Source: a virus
Lineage: Duplodnaviria > Caudoviricetes
IMG/VR virus record: IMGVR_UViG_3300027770_002684
Location: 1 to 53,524 of that record
Reading direction: 5' to 3' (one strand)
Length of the DNA stretch: 53,524 bases
The translations under genes were made by a program, and so were the position numbers. The notes beneath the pieces are model-generated. The model did no database searches and was not told the origin of the DNA. It saw nothing but the letters and a program-made list of their open reading frames with translations. Below, one piece after another: positions 31,589 to 42,015 of the stretch; within the stretch, counting starts at the first letter, position 1; every line of letters begins with the position of its first letter.

Positions 31589-33952
31589 TTAACTGGGGAT
31601 TTTTACTATAGAGGTAGCGGTAGTTGCTGTCTTGTCACGAGTATTGTAATTGAATCCTATGAATAAGTAGGTAGTTGTAGGATCTTTTAGTAACGGCAAG
31701 GGAGATGCATAAAAAGTTAAAGGCCATGCTATAGTAAGTGCGCTTGCAAATCCAATACCCCATCCGTTAAACAGAACATTGTGTCCCGAACTGTTAACGG
31801 TATATCTAGCACCGGTAGCATCCTGCATAATCCATCCGGGTTGTATCTGCATTGTATCTGAATTTTCGGGTAACACCCAACCCGATCCATTGGGAGGTGT
31901 GCTGCCATTTACATCAACAGTAACTAAAATTTGATTATATCTACCACCAATATCAATGCCAGAATAATAATGGAATGCTCTGGTTAAATTATTAATAGTG
32001 TTATAGGTGCTGGTGGTAATAGTAGAAGTATTGAATACGGTTAGATTATTCAATTCGACTTTTATTGTTCCGTATCCGTCATCTGTCACAACAAACATAG
32101 ATCCAATAGATCCAAATTCACCAAAGTAACTACTATAATCCGAAGTAGTGGTAGTTTTTATTACATAATCTTTACTGTAATATGTAGCAGCATCACCTGT
32201 AAACGGAATCCTATATACCTTGGACCAATTGCCATAATCTGAATACTGATGACCTAATCCGAGGTCTTCGACAGATATATTAGGATTTACAGGCCCTGCA
32301 TGAGAGGAGAAAACAGTTTGTAATGATGTGGCAACAGAACCATTATTTGTAATAGAACGAATATATGATGAATTATCTATCACTGTACTATTCTGTAAAG
32401 TTAATACTATTGTTTCATTTCCTGATATCGTATTACTTGGATAACCATTGATATCTGGCATCTGTGTAGAAGTTAAATTATTAGTAGGCGGATCAAAACT
32501 TGCCTGTGTTTGATAAAGAGCAATACCACGAACATATCTGAAGTTGCTGATATATCCTGAAAAATATGATCCTCCCGCTAAATCGGCACCTATAATTAAA
32601 TCACCAACATAATTCCAATCAGTAGTTAATGTGGTTTGATTTACAATAGATCCATTAATATATATAGTGACTAAATTTGAATCATCGCGTTGAACAGCCA
32701 CATGTGTCCATTGATTTATAGGATTAGTGATAGATTGTTGTATTAATAGAGATGATCCGTTCCAAACTTGTATATCCGGTGTATCAGTGCTTAAGAATAA
32801 CCTAAATGCGCCACCGGCACCACCCCAAGAAGCAATAGTTCCTATGCCAACTGCGGCGTCGGGATAAACCCATGCTTCTATTGTAAACGCTAATATATGT
32901 ATAGGTGGAGTTGAAGGTATACTTAGATATTGAGTACTTCCATTAAAACTACCTGCGTATAATTGAGATGGAACAAAGGTAGTAGTTGTAACTACCAATA
33001 CACCTGAGCTCGTACCTACACCTATAGTCATAACTCTGTGATCGTCTTCGAGGTCATAGCTAACACCAACGATACTGTTGTCATGACTTACTGGACTTAA
33101 CCAACTGCTGAGATTTTTATTAATAGCGTGATCTATGAATACTGTAGCAGTATTGGTTACAATGTGTGTTGCCCCATTTGCAGATATAGTCAAGTCAGCA
33201 GTATAAGTTCCATTGGCATTATCAATAATATCAGGATCAAATTTTGCTGTTATAGAATTAGTGCCGGTACTCAATATAGTCCAAGCTGGACTTCCTGAAA
33301 TAGTTCCACTTACATCTATAATGGTATCAGGTGATTCAATAGTATTAAAAATTGGTATGATGGTATATTTTTGTATCTCGGGTTTACCATATAGTGTTGT
33401 ACTGGTTGTAAATCCTGTAGGGGTTGGTCTAAAATTTTGAGTATCTAATACTAACTGATGAGTTCGATATTTAACAGATCCGTTGACACTATTCGATTTG
33501 AAAATAAACCAATTTATATATTCCCCTGCGTAGTAGGCGATATATGCGCCTGAAACCAATACCTGATCACCGGGTTGTATAGTAATAGGCAAATTATTGT
33601 TGTTGACATTCATTATTGGCTCTATAACACCCGGATAGACAGTTGTTAGAACTTCTGTGATTGTTAATACTGCGTTCCCTTTGTTACTTAAATATAGCGT
33701 TTGAAAGGTGCTCGTTGAATAAGGATTCATTATAAAGTCAGGGGCTATAACATTCTCTGTTGTAGCAGAAGATGATACCGATAATAAAGGATATGAGTTA
33801 AGGGTATATTCACCTGTATATGGAATTTCAACTCCGTCGAGAGTCAATGTTGTTTTTACATCTGGTAGATACCCGGTTAATTTTGAATTAAGCGGTATGG
33901 TATGACCAATTTGGCTACCAATCTGTATATTAGCATCAAATGATGTAGCCAT
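31589..33952 (-). CDS. Virion/tail protein with LamG (ConA-like) domain
   Basis: SFNGS.QYL, FTIEAWVY, NQWTHVAV.R, YINGS, FSGYISNFR; start MATSF. Confidence 0.82.
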   Translation of the reverse strand: MATSFDANIQIGSQIGHTIPLNSKLTGYLPDVKTTLTLDGVEIPYTGEYTLNSYPLLSVSSSATTENVIAPDFIMNPYSTSTFQTLYLSNKGNAVLTITEVLTTVYPGVIEPIMNVNNNNLPITIQPGDQVLVSGAYIAYYAGEYINWFIFKSNSVNGSVKYRTHQLVLDTQNFRPTPTGFTTSTTLYGKPEIQKYTIIPIFNTIESPDTIIDVSGTISGSPAWTILSTGTNSITAKFDPDIIDNANGTYTADLTISANGATHIVTNTATVFIDHAINKNLSSWLSPVSHDNSIVGVSYDLEDDHRVMTIGVGTSSGVLVVTTTTFVPSQLYAGSFNGSTQYLSIPSTPPIHILAFTIEAWVYPDAAVGIGTIASWGGAGGAFRLFLSTDTPDIQVWNGSSLLIQQSITNPINQWTHVAVQRDDSNLVTIYINGSIVNQTTLTTDWNYVGDLIIGADLAGGSYFSGYISNFRYVRGIALYQTQASFDPPTNNLTSTQMPDINGYPSNTISGNETIVLTLQNSTVIDNSSYIRSITNNGSVATSLQTVFSSHAGPVNPNISVEDLGLGHQYSDYGNWSKVYRIPFTGDAATYYSKDYVIKTTTTSDYSSYFGEFGSIGSMFVVTDDGYGTIKVELNNLTVFNTSTITTSTYNTINNLTRAFHYYSGIDIGGRYNQILVTVDVNGSTPPNGSGWVLPENSDTMQIQPGWIMQDATGARYTVNSSGHNVLFNGWGIGFASALTIAWPLTFYASPLPLLKDPTTTYLFIGFNYNTRDKTATTATSIVKIPS

Positions 33953-33953
33953 T

Positions 33954-35537
33954 TTATATTTTCCTATCCGATGTTGTATTCCATAGAGAGTTAAAGTCTT
34001 GCTCTTTAACGCACACACCTATTAAAAAACAAACCGGTTCACCAAAGAATCTTAAAAATTTTCCTAACCAATTTCCTTTTTCCAACACTCCCATCTTGTA
34101 AGCCAGTTCTTCTGCCCTGGCCATCATTAATGGATATATTATTTTTTCTGCTAATGGAGACCTACGCATAAGTCTTACGTAGGGAATAGCCCAGTATTGA
34201 TATCCTCTAACAGTTGCTGGTGAAAGATAGGTAAATGTATACTCCATGTCCGCTCTCCATACATCCTTAGGCATCATACCTTTACGATAAAAATAAGTGC
34301 AGATAACACGGCTGCTGTTGCCGCCGCCAGGCGAGCTTTGTTGAGTGGTGTTAACACTGGTTGTTCCAGCATCGCTACTACCTTCTGATCCCGGTGATGC
34401 ATCTGTTTTACTGAAGGATGTGTCTCCAGTTTGATTGTTAACGGAAATTGTATTTGTGGATCCATCACTGTAACTGAATGTAGTGACAGTATATGACGGT
34501 CGACCACCACCCCCTCCGCTTGAGGTTACTGTTACTGTGTAGTCTGGTGTTGCAGGAGGAGGTGGATTGTTTATTGTTATATAATTGTGAATGTAGGCCA
34601 CTATAGGAGTAGAAGGCAACTGTGTAGCATATATGGTCACAGTTGATGCATAATTTGATCCGGCAGATGCACTGCCACTTGGATTATAATTGATAATAAA
34701 TGTAGCCTGTGATCCTACAGGTATGTTAACCAAACTCTTGTTAGATGTAAATGTAATCTCATTGTTAGATACAGGGGTGCTACCTGGTTGATCACTCATC
34801 TGTACTGTTTGACCATCACCTAATACGGCTATAATTGATTGCGAATTGTTATAACCATTGTAATTGGCAGTGAACCCTATATCAAGATTATTGGTGCTAT
34901 TCATCGTCAAATAATTGGTAGATGTAAAGAACAACATTGGATTACTAACAACAACTGTGGATTGATTTGGTAATTTATTAACAGTTAGAGTTGTACCATT
35001 TATTGCTGTAATTACAGCATTATCGGCTAACTCATAACCATTTTGAATTATCTGCCAACCTATACCTAAATGGTCGGAATTAGCTACTGTTATTTTATCA
35101 GTGCTGGTAGAGAATGTAACAGTTCCTCCGATAACAGGAGTACCCGAATATGTACCACTCATGGTTAATATTGTTGGGGAAAGCACATTCACCACTGATC
35201 TACCAGTTAGTCCATTACCCGATGCGACCCAGCCGGATTGTATTCCTGTGGTATTATTAACTGTTAGCGTTACTCCGGTCATTGTGGTGTAGGTCGGAAG
35301 CCTATCACGTGTATCAGATAGGAAATCCTTTTCTAAATAATCACCATATAGATATCTTTTGTTGTATGTTTCTCTTGTATTGTTTCTGCTGTCCGACGTG
35401 TATCCTCCCCATCCGGAGTAATCGGCCACGTGGACTGTATTATTATTGTCTTCATAAACAATATAATTTATGTCAATATCGTGTGTACCCTTATTGGATA
35501 GGTTGAATACAATTGGTGTTGCTGCTGTGGTTGGCAT
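33954..35537 (-). CDS. Virion/tail protein with distinct C-terminal VICT domain
   Basis: Thr/Asn-rich beta repeats, Ser/Gly linker, then RVICT...GYQYWA...GEPVC. Confidence 0.78.
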   Translation of the reverse strand: MPTTAATPIVFNLSNKGTHDIDINYIVYEDNNNTVHVADYSGWGGYTSDSRNNTRETYNKRYLYGDYLEKDFLSDTRDRLPTYTTMTGVTLTVNNTTGIQSGWVASGNGLTGRSVVNVLSPTILTMSGTYSGTPVIGGTVTFSTSTDKITVANSDHLGIGWQIIQNGYELADNAVITAINGTTLTVNKLPNQSTVVVSNPMLFFTSTNYLTMNSTNNLDIGFTANYNGYNNSQSIIAVLGDGQTVQMSDQPGSTPVSNNEITFTSNKSLVNIPVGSQATFIINYNPSGSASAGSNYASTVTIYATQLPSTPIVAYIHNYITINNPPPPATPDYTVTVTSSGGGGGRPSYTVTTFSYSDGSTNTISVNNQTGDTSFSKTDASPGSEGSSDAGTTSVNTTQQSSPGGGNSSRVICTYFYRKGMMPKDVWRADMEYTFTYLSPATVRGYQYWAIPYVRLMRRSPLAEKIIYPLMMARAEELAYKMGVLEKGNWLGKFLRFFGEPVCFLIGVCVKEQDFNSLWNTTSDRKI

Positions 35538-35538
35538 A

Positions 35539-36348
35539 TTATAAAACTATATTGTAAGTTCCCACGGCTGGACTGATCAGCAAGTTTGGACTTGCACTAT
35601 TGCCGTATTCTATGGTAAAATCTACTCTGGATTGATCATTTGATCGGTTGGCAATCACATTGACATATAGTGTACCGCTGGTATAATATGTGGATGTATC
35701 ACCAATTAGATATTCGTCTCTTCTATACTTATATTGATTACTGTTTACAAGGTAGTTGATAAAATTAGACCATTCGCCGTCGAGATCGTTTATTAATCCG
35801 GTGCTGGTATTGTAGTAAGGAATCCAAGTTAGATAGTTACCTTGATTGAAATAGTATCTGGCTGCTAATCTATTACGAAATGCACATGTTACCCGATGCG
35901 TTATCTGTGTAATATCATTCGCTCCCCAGACTAATGTCCTTGTACTGGTTCCGCCGTTAGGAAGAATATTAGAACTGGTTCCGCCTCCTACTAAATTTAC
36001 ACGAAAATATTGATCAGGGTGACTGGTATATCTCCTATTATTATTATTCAACCAATTGGCTACATCAGTAAGCGAATTAGTAAATCCTGCGGCCACGATC
36101 GTGGTCCCAGTAACTACATAAGATATGCTGGTGTTGGCGTTGGTTATGTGGCTATGCGCTACATTTATATCATCAAGGAGTCTATTATATTCTCTGGCAT
36201 TTACTACAGTGGTTACGGCAGTTGCAGGATTGGACGACAATAAGGGTAATCCCCAACCATTCTCATTTAATCCTAATATATCTTCTATAAGATAATGTAC
36301 CGTATTATAATCGGCGGCGGCAATGGGTGTATTGGTAGTTACGGTCAT
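35539..36348 (-). CDS. Putative virion structural protein
   Basis: Thr/Asn-rich; IAAADYN N-terminus; heads the tail operon after TAAATA. Confidence 0.65.
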   Translation of the reverse strand: MTVTTNTPIAAADYNTVHYLIEDILGLNENGWGLPLLSSNPATAVTTVVNAREYNRLLDDINVAHSHITNANTSISYVVTGTTIVAAGFTNSLTDVANWLNNNNRRYTSHPDQYFRVNLVGGGTSSNILPNGGTSTRTLVWGANDITQITHRVTCAFRNRLAARYYFNQGNYLTWIPYYNTSTGLINDLDGEWSNFINYLVNSNQYKYRRDEYLIGDTSTYYTSGTLYVNVIANRSNDQSRVDFTIEYGNSASPNLLISPAVGTYNIVL

Positions 36349-36396
36349 GTTGGTTTTATCTAATACAATATTTAGCCAATATTATTTTCTCCGGTA

Positions 36397-36425
36397 TTGA
36401 CTTAACAATTAAATACGCTTATAAT
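36397..36425 (+). promoter_or_regulatory. sigma70-like promoter
   Basis: TTGACT-17-TATAAT, 10 nt before ATG 36436. Confidence 0.7.
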
Positions 36426-36435
36426 AAACAAATAT

Positions 36436-37209
36436 ATGAACTCTTTTAAACATTCGGGTACACTGGGCGATATCGTCTATGGCTTATCCATAATGAAACA
36501 CTACGGTGGTGGCGAATTCTACTTACATCTCAATCAGGTAGACTGGATCGGACAACATTACTACGGCAATAAACCAGATCCTTTCCACCAAGGACGTATG
36601 ACCGAAAAAGATTACGAGTTCATGCGAGACTTCATGCTGGCCCAGGATTATATCACAGACTTTAAAATGCTGAATCCGGATCAGGACGCTATCACACATA
36701 ATTTAGATAGGTTCCGCCCTCTGTTTGTGGGACATCCTGCTAACTATATCCTAACATACTGTATGGCATTTGGTATCAAAGATCCTAAACAACAGGAAAC
36801 AATGATAGAAGTCCCATGGATAACTGTTCCAGAACCTACTATCATTCCAGGTAAACCATATGTGGTTAATAGATCTCCACGTGGATTCACTGCACCTGGA
36901 TGTAACCCTGCTTGGCGATACTGGCTTGAAGATGGTACAGATCAACATGCGGTATTTGTGGGACTACCTAACGAATACGAAGAATTTAAAAAACTAACAG
37001 GTTGGAACTTGGATTACTATCCTACTCGAACTATGTTAGAATTGGCACAGGTCATAGCAGGTGCTGAACACTTTTTAGGTAATCAAAGCGTGGCACTTAG
37101 CATTGCACAAGGACTTAGAGTACCTTATGCTTTTGAGGCCAGACATGACTTACCAATCGAACGTAATGAAAGCTATTTCAAACAACATACTAACGGAGAT
37201 GTATTTTAA
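36436..37209 (+). CDS. GT9 (heptosyltransferase)-like glycosyltransferase
   Basis: GTLGDIV...ELAQVIAGA..FLGNQS....IA.GL.VP. Confidence 0.72.
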   Translation: MNSFKHSGTLGDIVYGLSIMKHYGGGEFYLHLNQVDWIGQHYYGNKPDPFHQGRMTEKDYEFMRDFMLAQDYITDFKMLNPDQDAITHNLDRFRPLFVGHPANYILTYCMAFGIKDPKQQETMIEVPWITVPEPTIIPGKPYVVNRSPRGFTAPGCNPAWRYWLEDGTDQHAVFVGLPNEYEEFKKLTGWNLDYYPTRTMLELAQVIAGAEHFLGNQSVALSIAQGLRVPYAFEARHDLPIERNESYFKQHTNGDVF

Positions 37210-37211
37210 TC

Positions 37212-37967
37212 ATGAGTAAGAAATTAGGTATTATACAATCAAGAGGATTAGGTGATATCGTCATCGCCCTTCCTATCGCTAAACATTATCAACGCGAAGG
37301 ATGGGAAGTACTTTGGCCTATCGCTGATCAGTGGGTGGAGACGATGAACCGGGCCGCACCTTGGGTAAAATGGATTCCTATCACAGTTGACCCGGGTCCA
37401 TTCTTCTATGATGTTCCTATGCAGCGTCTAAAGAACTTCAAGTGCGATGAGATTGTTTGCTTATATCAAGCATTAACTGGACAGGATTTCCATAACGAAG
37501 TCTACTTCCAACATACTAAATTTGATCAATACAAATATATCAAGGCAGGTGTTCCTTTTCGAGAAAAATGGAATCTAAGCGAATGCTTGGTACGTGATAC
37601 TCAACGTGAACAAGCATTGTATGATCGTTTAGTTACTAATCCTAACTATGTGGTAGTTCATCTAACAGGTAGTGATCATCGTGCAGACTTTGATCGCAGT
37701 ATTATTCCTGCAGACTGGCAAACTATTGAAATATTTGATAACATGGCATCCAGTATATTCGATTGGCTGATGGTATTAGAAAAAGCACAGTCACTGATAT
37801 TAGTAGACTCTGTGTTCTCTAACATAGTTGATCAAATGAACATCGGTGATGATAGATACTTTATACCAAGAAGCCATATTGGGTTGACTCCTGTACAAGG
37901 TAATGATTGGACTTGGATTCCTAACAGAAACTTAGATCCACGGTCCAGGACCATTGGGATGAATTAG
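37212..37967 (+). CDS. GT9-like glycosyltransferase
   Basis: RGLGDIVIALP; YVVVH; A..LILVDS. Confidence 0.7.
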   Translation: MSKKLGIIQSRGLGDIVIALPIAKHYQREGWEVLWPIADQWVETMNRAAPWVKWIPITVDPGPFFYDVPMQRLKNFKCDEIVCLYQALTGQDFHNEVYFQHTKFDQYKYIKAGVPFREKWNLSECLVRDTQREQALYDRLVTNPNYVVVHLTGSDHRADFDRSIIPADWQTIEIFDNMASSIFDWLMVLEKAQSLILVDSVFSNIVDQMNIGDDRYFIPRSHIGLTPVQGNDWTWIPNRNLDPRSRTIGMN

Positions 37968-38635
37968 TATTCGATTAAAACACAACCTTGTGTGCCGGGG
38001 GTTCTGCCACCACCGCCTCCGCCACTATTGGTACCGCTACCGCCCATTCCAAGACCAAACATATATCTTCCTAATCCGGCGAACGAATAACCAGCTGAAC
38101 CGTTTGCTGCATTGGTTACTCCTGTAGCAGTACCTGCTGAACCGTTTGCGCCACCATTATTACCGCCCACACCGCCACCACCACCGCCGCCTTGCACTGT
38201 AGTAATTGTCTGGGTTCCGGATGCAACACTACTATTTCCACCTGCTCCAGCATTGCCGGCAGTACCACCTCCTGCATTATACCCCATGGTGCCGCCAGCG
38301 CCAACATTGACAGTTAAAGTAAGACCGGGTGTTAACCCAGTAATATACTTGACCGCGCCGCCACCCTCGCCACCACTACCACCACCTGCGCCACCACCAT
38401 TTGCTTGATCGGCTCCACCACCACCGCCACCAATAGCTGTAACTTTGATCGAGGTAACATCTGTGGGTATTGTAAAAGTAAACCCAGTACCCACTGTTGA
38501 ATAGTATGCAGAACGAATACCCGACACGGCGCCGCCTGCTGATCTTGTCCAAGAGGAATTGGCAGTACTGTAGGTATACACTATACCGCCGATAGTAGCA
38601 GTTTGACCATTAACGGGACTTACTGGAAAACTCAT
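37964..38635 (-). CDS. Glycine-rich virion/tail protein
   Basis: FP.SP.NGQ head; FTIP..VT.IKV..IGGGGGG...G.VLIEY. Confidence 0.8.
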   Translation of the reverse strand: MSFPVSPVNGQTATIGGIVYTYSTANSSWTRSAGGAVSGIRSAYYSTVGTGFTFTIPTDVTSIKVTAIGGGGGGADQANGGGAGGGSGGEGGGAVKYITGLTPGLTLTVNVGAGGTMGYNAGGGTAGNAGAGGNSSVASGTQTITTVQGGGGGGGVGGNNGGANGSAGTATGVTNAANGSAGYSFAGLGRYMFGLGMGGSGTNSGGGGGGRTPGTQGCVLIEY

Positions 38636-38645
38636 TTTTTATCCT

Positions 38646-39782
38646 TTATGAATAAACTATATTCACATAACCGCCGTTGAATGTTTGAGCAGTGGTAACA
38701 GTTGGAATATTTATTTGAAGTTGAGTTAATACTCCACTAAGTGTCACTGATCCAGCGGCCAGTCCCCATCCAGTACCATTTAGAGTAGTAGGAAAATAAA
38801 AACTACCAGTTCCTGTCCAAATATTATTTCCAATATGAGTCAAAATATATTGACCATTCATAGGATTTCCACCACCGTGGGTTATACCAAATGTCGGAAA
38901 TCGAGTAGTGTCGGACACCAGTGAATACGAACTTACCCTAATTGCATAAGCATTATATCCCGATATGGCGTATGATCCAGATCCAACTCTTATGTCTATT
39001 ATTCCGCTGCCATTGGTTACAGTTACTTGACTAAAACCAACAGTAATTTGACTGACTCCGGATGGAATTCCGGTAAAGGGAACTGTATTGCTGCCAATTG
39101 ATGCCAATGATTGTATAGTTCCTGATCGGAGAGATCCACTACTGCCTGCTGCTCCAGTAGGTCCAGTGGGTCCTGTTGGTCCTGCAACACCAGCACTACC
39201 TGTATATCCAATCGCTGTGCTGGCCGAACCGGTATATCCACGACTACCGGTATAGGACGCACTGCCGGTGTATCCAATCACCGAACTGGCCGATCCAGTG
39301 AATCCAATACTACCTGTGAATCCAATACTACCTGTGAATCCAATGCTACCAGTATAGGACGCACTACCGGTAAACCCACGACTACCTGTGAATCCACTAC
39401 CGGTATATCCATAACTACCAGTATATGCTTGACTACCCGAATACCCTAATGCATATACATTGTTTGATGCATACCATGTGGTGTTATTTGAATTGTATAC
39501 ATATGTCAATGTTTGATTTGCAGAAAGTGATGTTGCAGGATTAGCAATAGTCTTACCGTTACCATTTAAAGTTAATGTAGTAATGGCCTGTGTGGTAGAT
39601 ATTTTAATAGTCATCCCACCTGCTGGAGTTAATGGAAATATTATAGTGCCTGTTGCCAATGATCCAGAAGGATCTAACAGTAGAGTTTGATAATTGGCAA
39701 AGGTATAAGAAAACCCTGAAGGCAATACTTGATAATCATAATTATCAATCAATCCGTATGTACCGTCAAGTGAGAATGGCAT
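38646..39782 (-). CDS. Tail-fibre protein with collagen-like GYTGS repeats
   Basis: G[YF]TGS repeats followed by GPTGPTGPT. Confidence 0.8.
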   Translation of the reverse strand: MPFSLDGTYGLIDNYDYQVLPSGFSYTFANYQTLLLDPSGSLATGTIIFPLTPAGGMTIKISTTQAITTLTLNGNGKTIANPATSLSANQTLTYVYNSNNTTWYASNNVYALGYSGSQAYTGSYGYTGSGFTGSRGFTGSASYTGSIGFTGSIGFTGSIGFTGSASSVIGYTGSASYTGSRGYTGSASTAIGYTGSAGVAGPTGPTGPTGAAGSSGSLRSGTIQSLASIGSNTVPFTGIPSGVSQITVGFSQVTVTNGSGIIDIRVGSGSYAISGYNAYAIRVSSYSLVSDTTRFPTFGITHGGGNPMNGQYILTHIGNNIWTGTGSFYFPTTLNGTGWGLAAGSVTLSGVLTQLQINIPTVTTAQTFNGGYVNIVYS

Positions 39783-39822
39783 ATGTTATTTTTCCAGGTT
39801 TTTAGTATTTATTGTTTAAATT

Positions 39823-40587
39823 TTATGGTCCTACTTTTGCCTCTAAGGTATCTAATCTGTCAAGGATTTCAATAATAGCAGGAAACGCTAAAATTCCTAA
39901 CTTTTCGTAATCCACTGCAAGAGTTCCGTCAGGACGAGTTCGTACAGCCTTTGGAAATACTCGTTGTACTTTTTGTGCAATTACACCAAAATCTTCTTTT
40001 TGTAGAAAGTAGCCGTCGACGCCACCAAATTTAGCAATGTACTCATCGGTCCAGTTAAAGTAGTCGCCTCCAATGGCTCGAATAGTTTCACATGCACCTG
40101 TGATCGGCTGTATATTTTCTTTAAATTTAGCGTCTGAAGAATAGAATGCAGTAATGTTGCCTGTTGCATAAATTGCGCCTGCACCAGGGTCAGTCGTGGT
40201 TCCAAGTCCTAAACCGCCTGCAGCAGTGATACGCATACGCTCAACACTGCCTATTAAAAAAGTCATGGTGTTCACAGCGGACACACCTATAGCACCATAT
40301 TGAATAGTGCTGGTATTATTGGTCCACTGCAACCAAGTTGTTGCTGTGTTTGTAGTATTTGATTGTAATACGACCGCACCTGTCGTTCCGTATACAGGAT
40401 TAATAAAATAACCTTTTCCTCCTGTATTCAAGTCGCCACTAATACTAACATTGCCGCTAACATCTGAAGAAACCATCGTTCCATTGATCTGTGGTAATGT
40501 TAAGGTGTAACTACTGGCCGTGTTGGGGGCAGCAATGGTTAATATACCTGCTCCAAGAAGATTACCTGCAATGGCGACTTGACTCAT
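39823..40587 (-). CDS. Tail fibre with C-terminal intramolecular chaperone (peptidase S74)
   Basis: GNITAFYSSDAKFKENI...GVIAQ.V..VFP.AV...VDYEKL plus coiled coil. Confidence 0.88.
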   Translation of the reverse strand: MSQVAIAGNLLGAGILTIAAPNTASSYTLTLPQINGTMVSSDVSGNVSISGDLNTGGKGYFINPVYGTTGAVVLQSNTTNTATTWLQWTNNTSTIQYGAIGVSAVNTMTFLIGSVERMRITAAGGLGLGTTTDPGAGAIYATGNITAFYSSDAKFKENIQPITGACETIRAIGGDYFNWTDEYIAKFGGVDGYFLQKEDFGVIAQKVQRVFPKAVRTRPDGTLAVDYEKLGILAFPAIIEILDRLDTLEAKVGP

Positions 40588-40625
40588 TTTTTATCCTTTT
40601 GGAAAACTCATTTTAAATACTTTTT

Positions 40626-41963
40626 TTAATACTCAATTAACACACATCCTCGGGTTCCAACAGCACCAACAGTATTGCTAAATGCGGCTCCGACACCGGA
40701 AGCAAATAAAATCCCCCCGGTGTTAGAACTTCCACTTATATTTATTGCACCACCACTACCTGTGCCAGCAGCACCGGCAGTACCATTTGCACCAGCAACA
40801 GTTCCGCCGCCGCCACCACTGGCAGACACCGTGGCAATCGTATTGTTAGTACCTGATGCCACACTACTACTACCTCCAGAACCAGCACTTCCATTACCAG
40901 ATCCAGCCGATTTCGCGCTGCCGCCGCCGCCCACTGTTACAGATAAATTACCAGTTGTTAATCCTGTAAACCACTGAACAGCATAACCACCATTGCCTCC
41001 GGTTGCAGCGGCAGCCCCTGCTGCTGAGCCGCCCCCAGCACCAACTACACTGACCTTGATCGCTGTAACTCCTGTGGGTATGGTGAATGTGTTAGATCCT
41101 GCTGTGGAGAAAAATTGTGACCGGGGACCAGGATAACCACTGGCACCAACACTACCAGTGTATCCAGCCGCTGTGCTGGCCGAACCTGTATATCCAATTA
41201 CCAAACTGGCGGATCCAGTATATCCAACACCCTGACTACCTGTATATCCAGCACCCTGACTACCTGTATATCCCCGACTACCGGAATACCCAATTACCGA
41301 ACTGGCGGATCCAGTATATCCCAAACTACCTGTATATCCTAAACTACCTGTATATCCCTGACTACCGGAATACCCAATTACCGAACTGGCGGATCCAGTA
41401 TATCCCAAACTACCTGTATATCCTAAACTACCTGTATATCCTAAACTACCTGTGAACCCTGTGACTCCTACTGCTCCCGATATATCTAACCAGAAACTGC
41501 TTATTCCATCTGTCGAATAACGATACAATATATCTGTGGTGGTGTTATACCAAAAATCCCCTAATGTGGGACCGGCAGGTGCTGTGGCAGAAGAAGTATA
41601 TTTAGAACCAGAGCCTGCACTACCTGTATATTGCATTACATTGTTTGATGCATACCATCTGTTGGTACTTAATACATACATGTATGTTAATGTTTGATTG
41701 GCCGATAATGTGGTAGCAGGATTGATGACGGTGGCACCATTACCATTTAATGTTAATGCACCAACTGCCTGTGTGGTGGATATCCTAACACCCATTCCAT
41801 CAACCGGATTTAACGGAAATGTTATACTACCCGATGCTAATGACCCAGAAGGAGTCAATAACAGTGATTGATATGTGCTGAATGTATATGAGAAACCAGA
41901 TGGCACTACTTGCAAATCATAGTTGTCTATGAATCCCCACGTTCCGTCAAGTTTAAATGTCAT
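40626..41963 (-). CDS. Tail-fibre protein with GYTGS repeats and Gly-rich C-domain
   Basis: N-terminus paralogous to 38646-39782; C-terminus paralogous to 37964-38635. Confidence 0.82.
   Translation of the reverse strand: MTFKLDGTWGFIDNYDLQVVPSGFSYTFSTYQSLLLTPSGSLASGSITFPLNPVDGMGVRISTTQAVGALTLNGNGATVINPATTLSANQTLTYMYVLSTNRWYASNNVMQYTGSAGSGSKYTSSATAPAGPTLGDFWYNTTTDILYRYSTDGISSFWLDISGAVGVTGFTGSLGYTGSLGYTGSLGYTGSASSVIGYSGSQGYTGSLGYTGSLGYTGSASSVIGYSGSRGYTGSQGAGYTGSQGVGYTGSASLVIGYTGSASTAAGYTGSVGASGYPGPRSQFFSTAGSNTFTIPTGVTAIKVSVVGAGGGSAAGAAAATGGNGGYAVQWFTGLTTGNLSVTVGGGGSAKSAGSGNGSAGSGGSSSVASGTNNTIATVSASGGGGGTVAGANGTAGAAGTGSGGAINISGSSNTGGILFASGVGAAFSNTVGAVGTRGCVLIEY
41150..41460. repeat. Coding tandem repeats (18-nt units, 84-nt duplication)
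   Basis: ACTACCTGTATATCC units; CCGGAATACCCAATTACCGAACTGGCGGATCC starts at both 41281 and 41365. Confidence 0.85.
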
Positions 41964-42015
41964 CTGCTAATTTTCCAGGTTTTTAATATTTATTGTCGGC
42001 CAATATCAAGAGATA

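Noticed and set aside
41117-41455. Repetitive plus-strand ORF
   Set aside because: Antisense reading of the GYTGS repeats.
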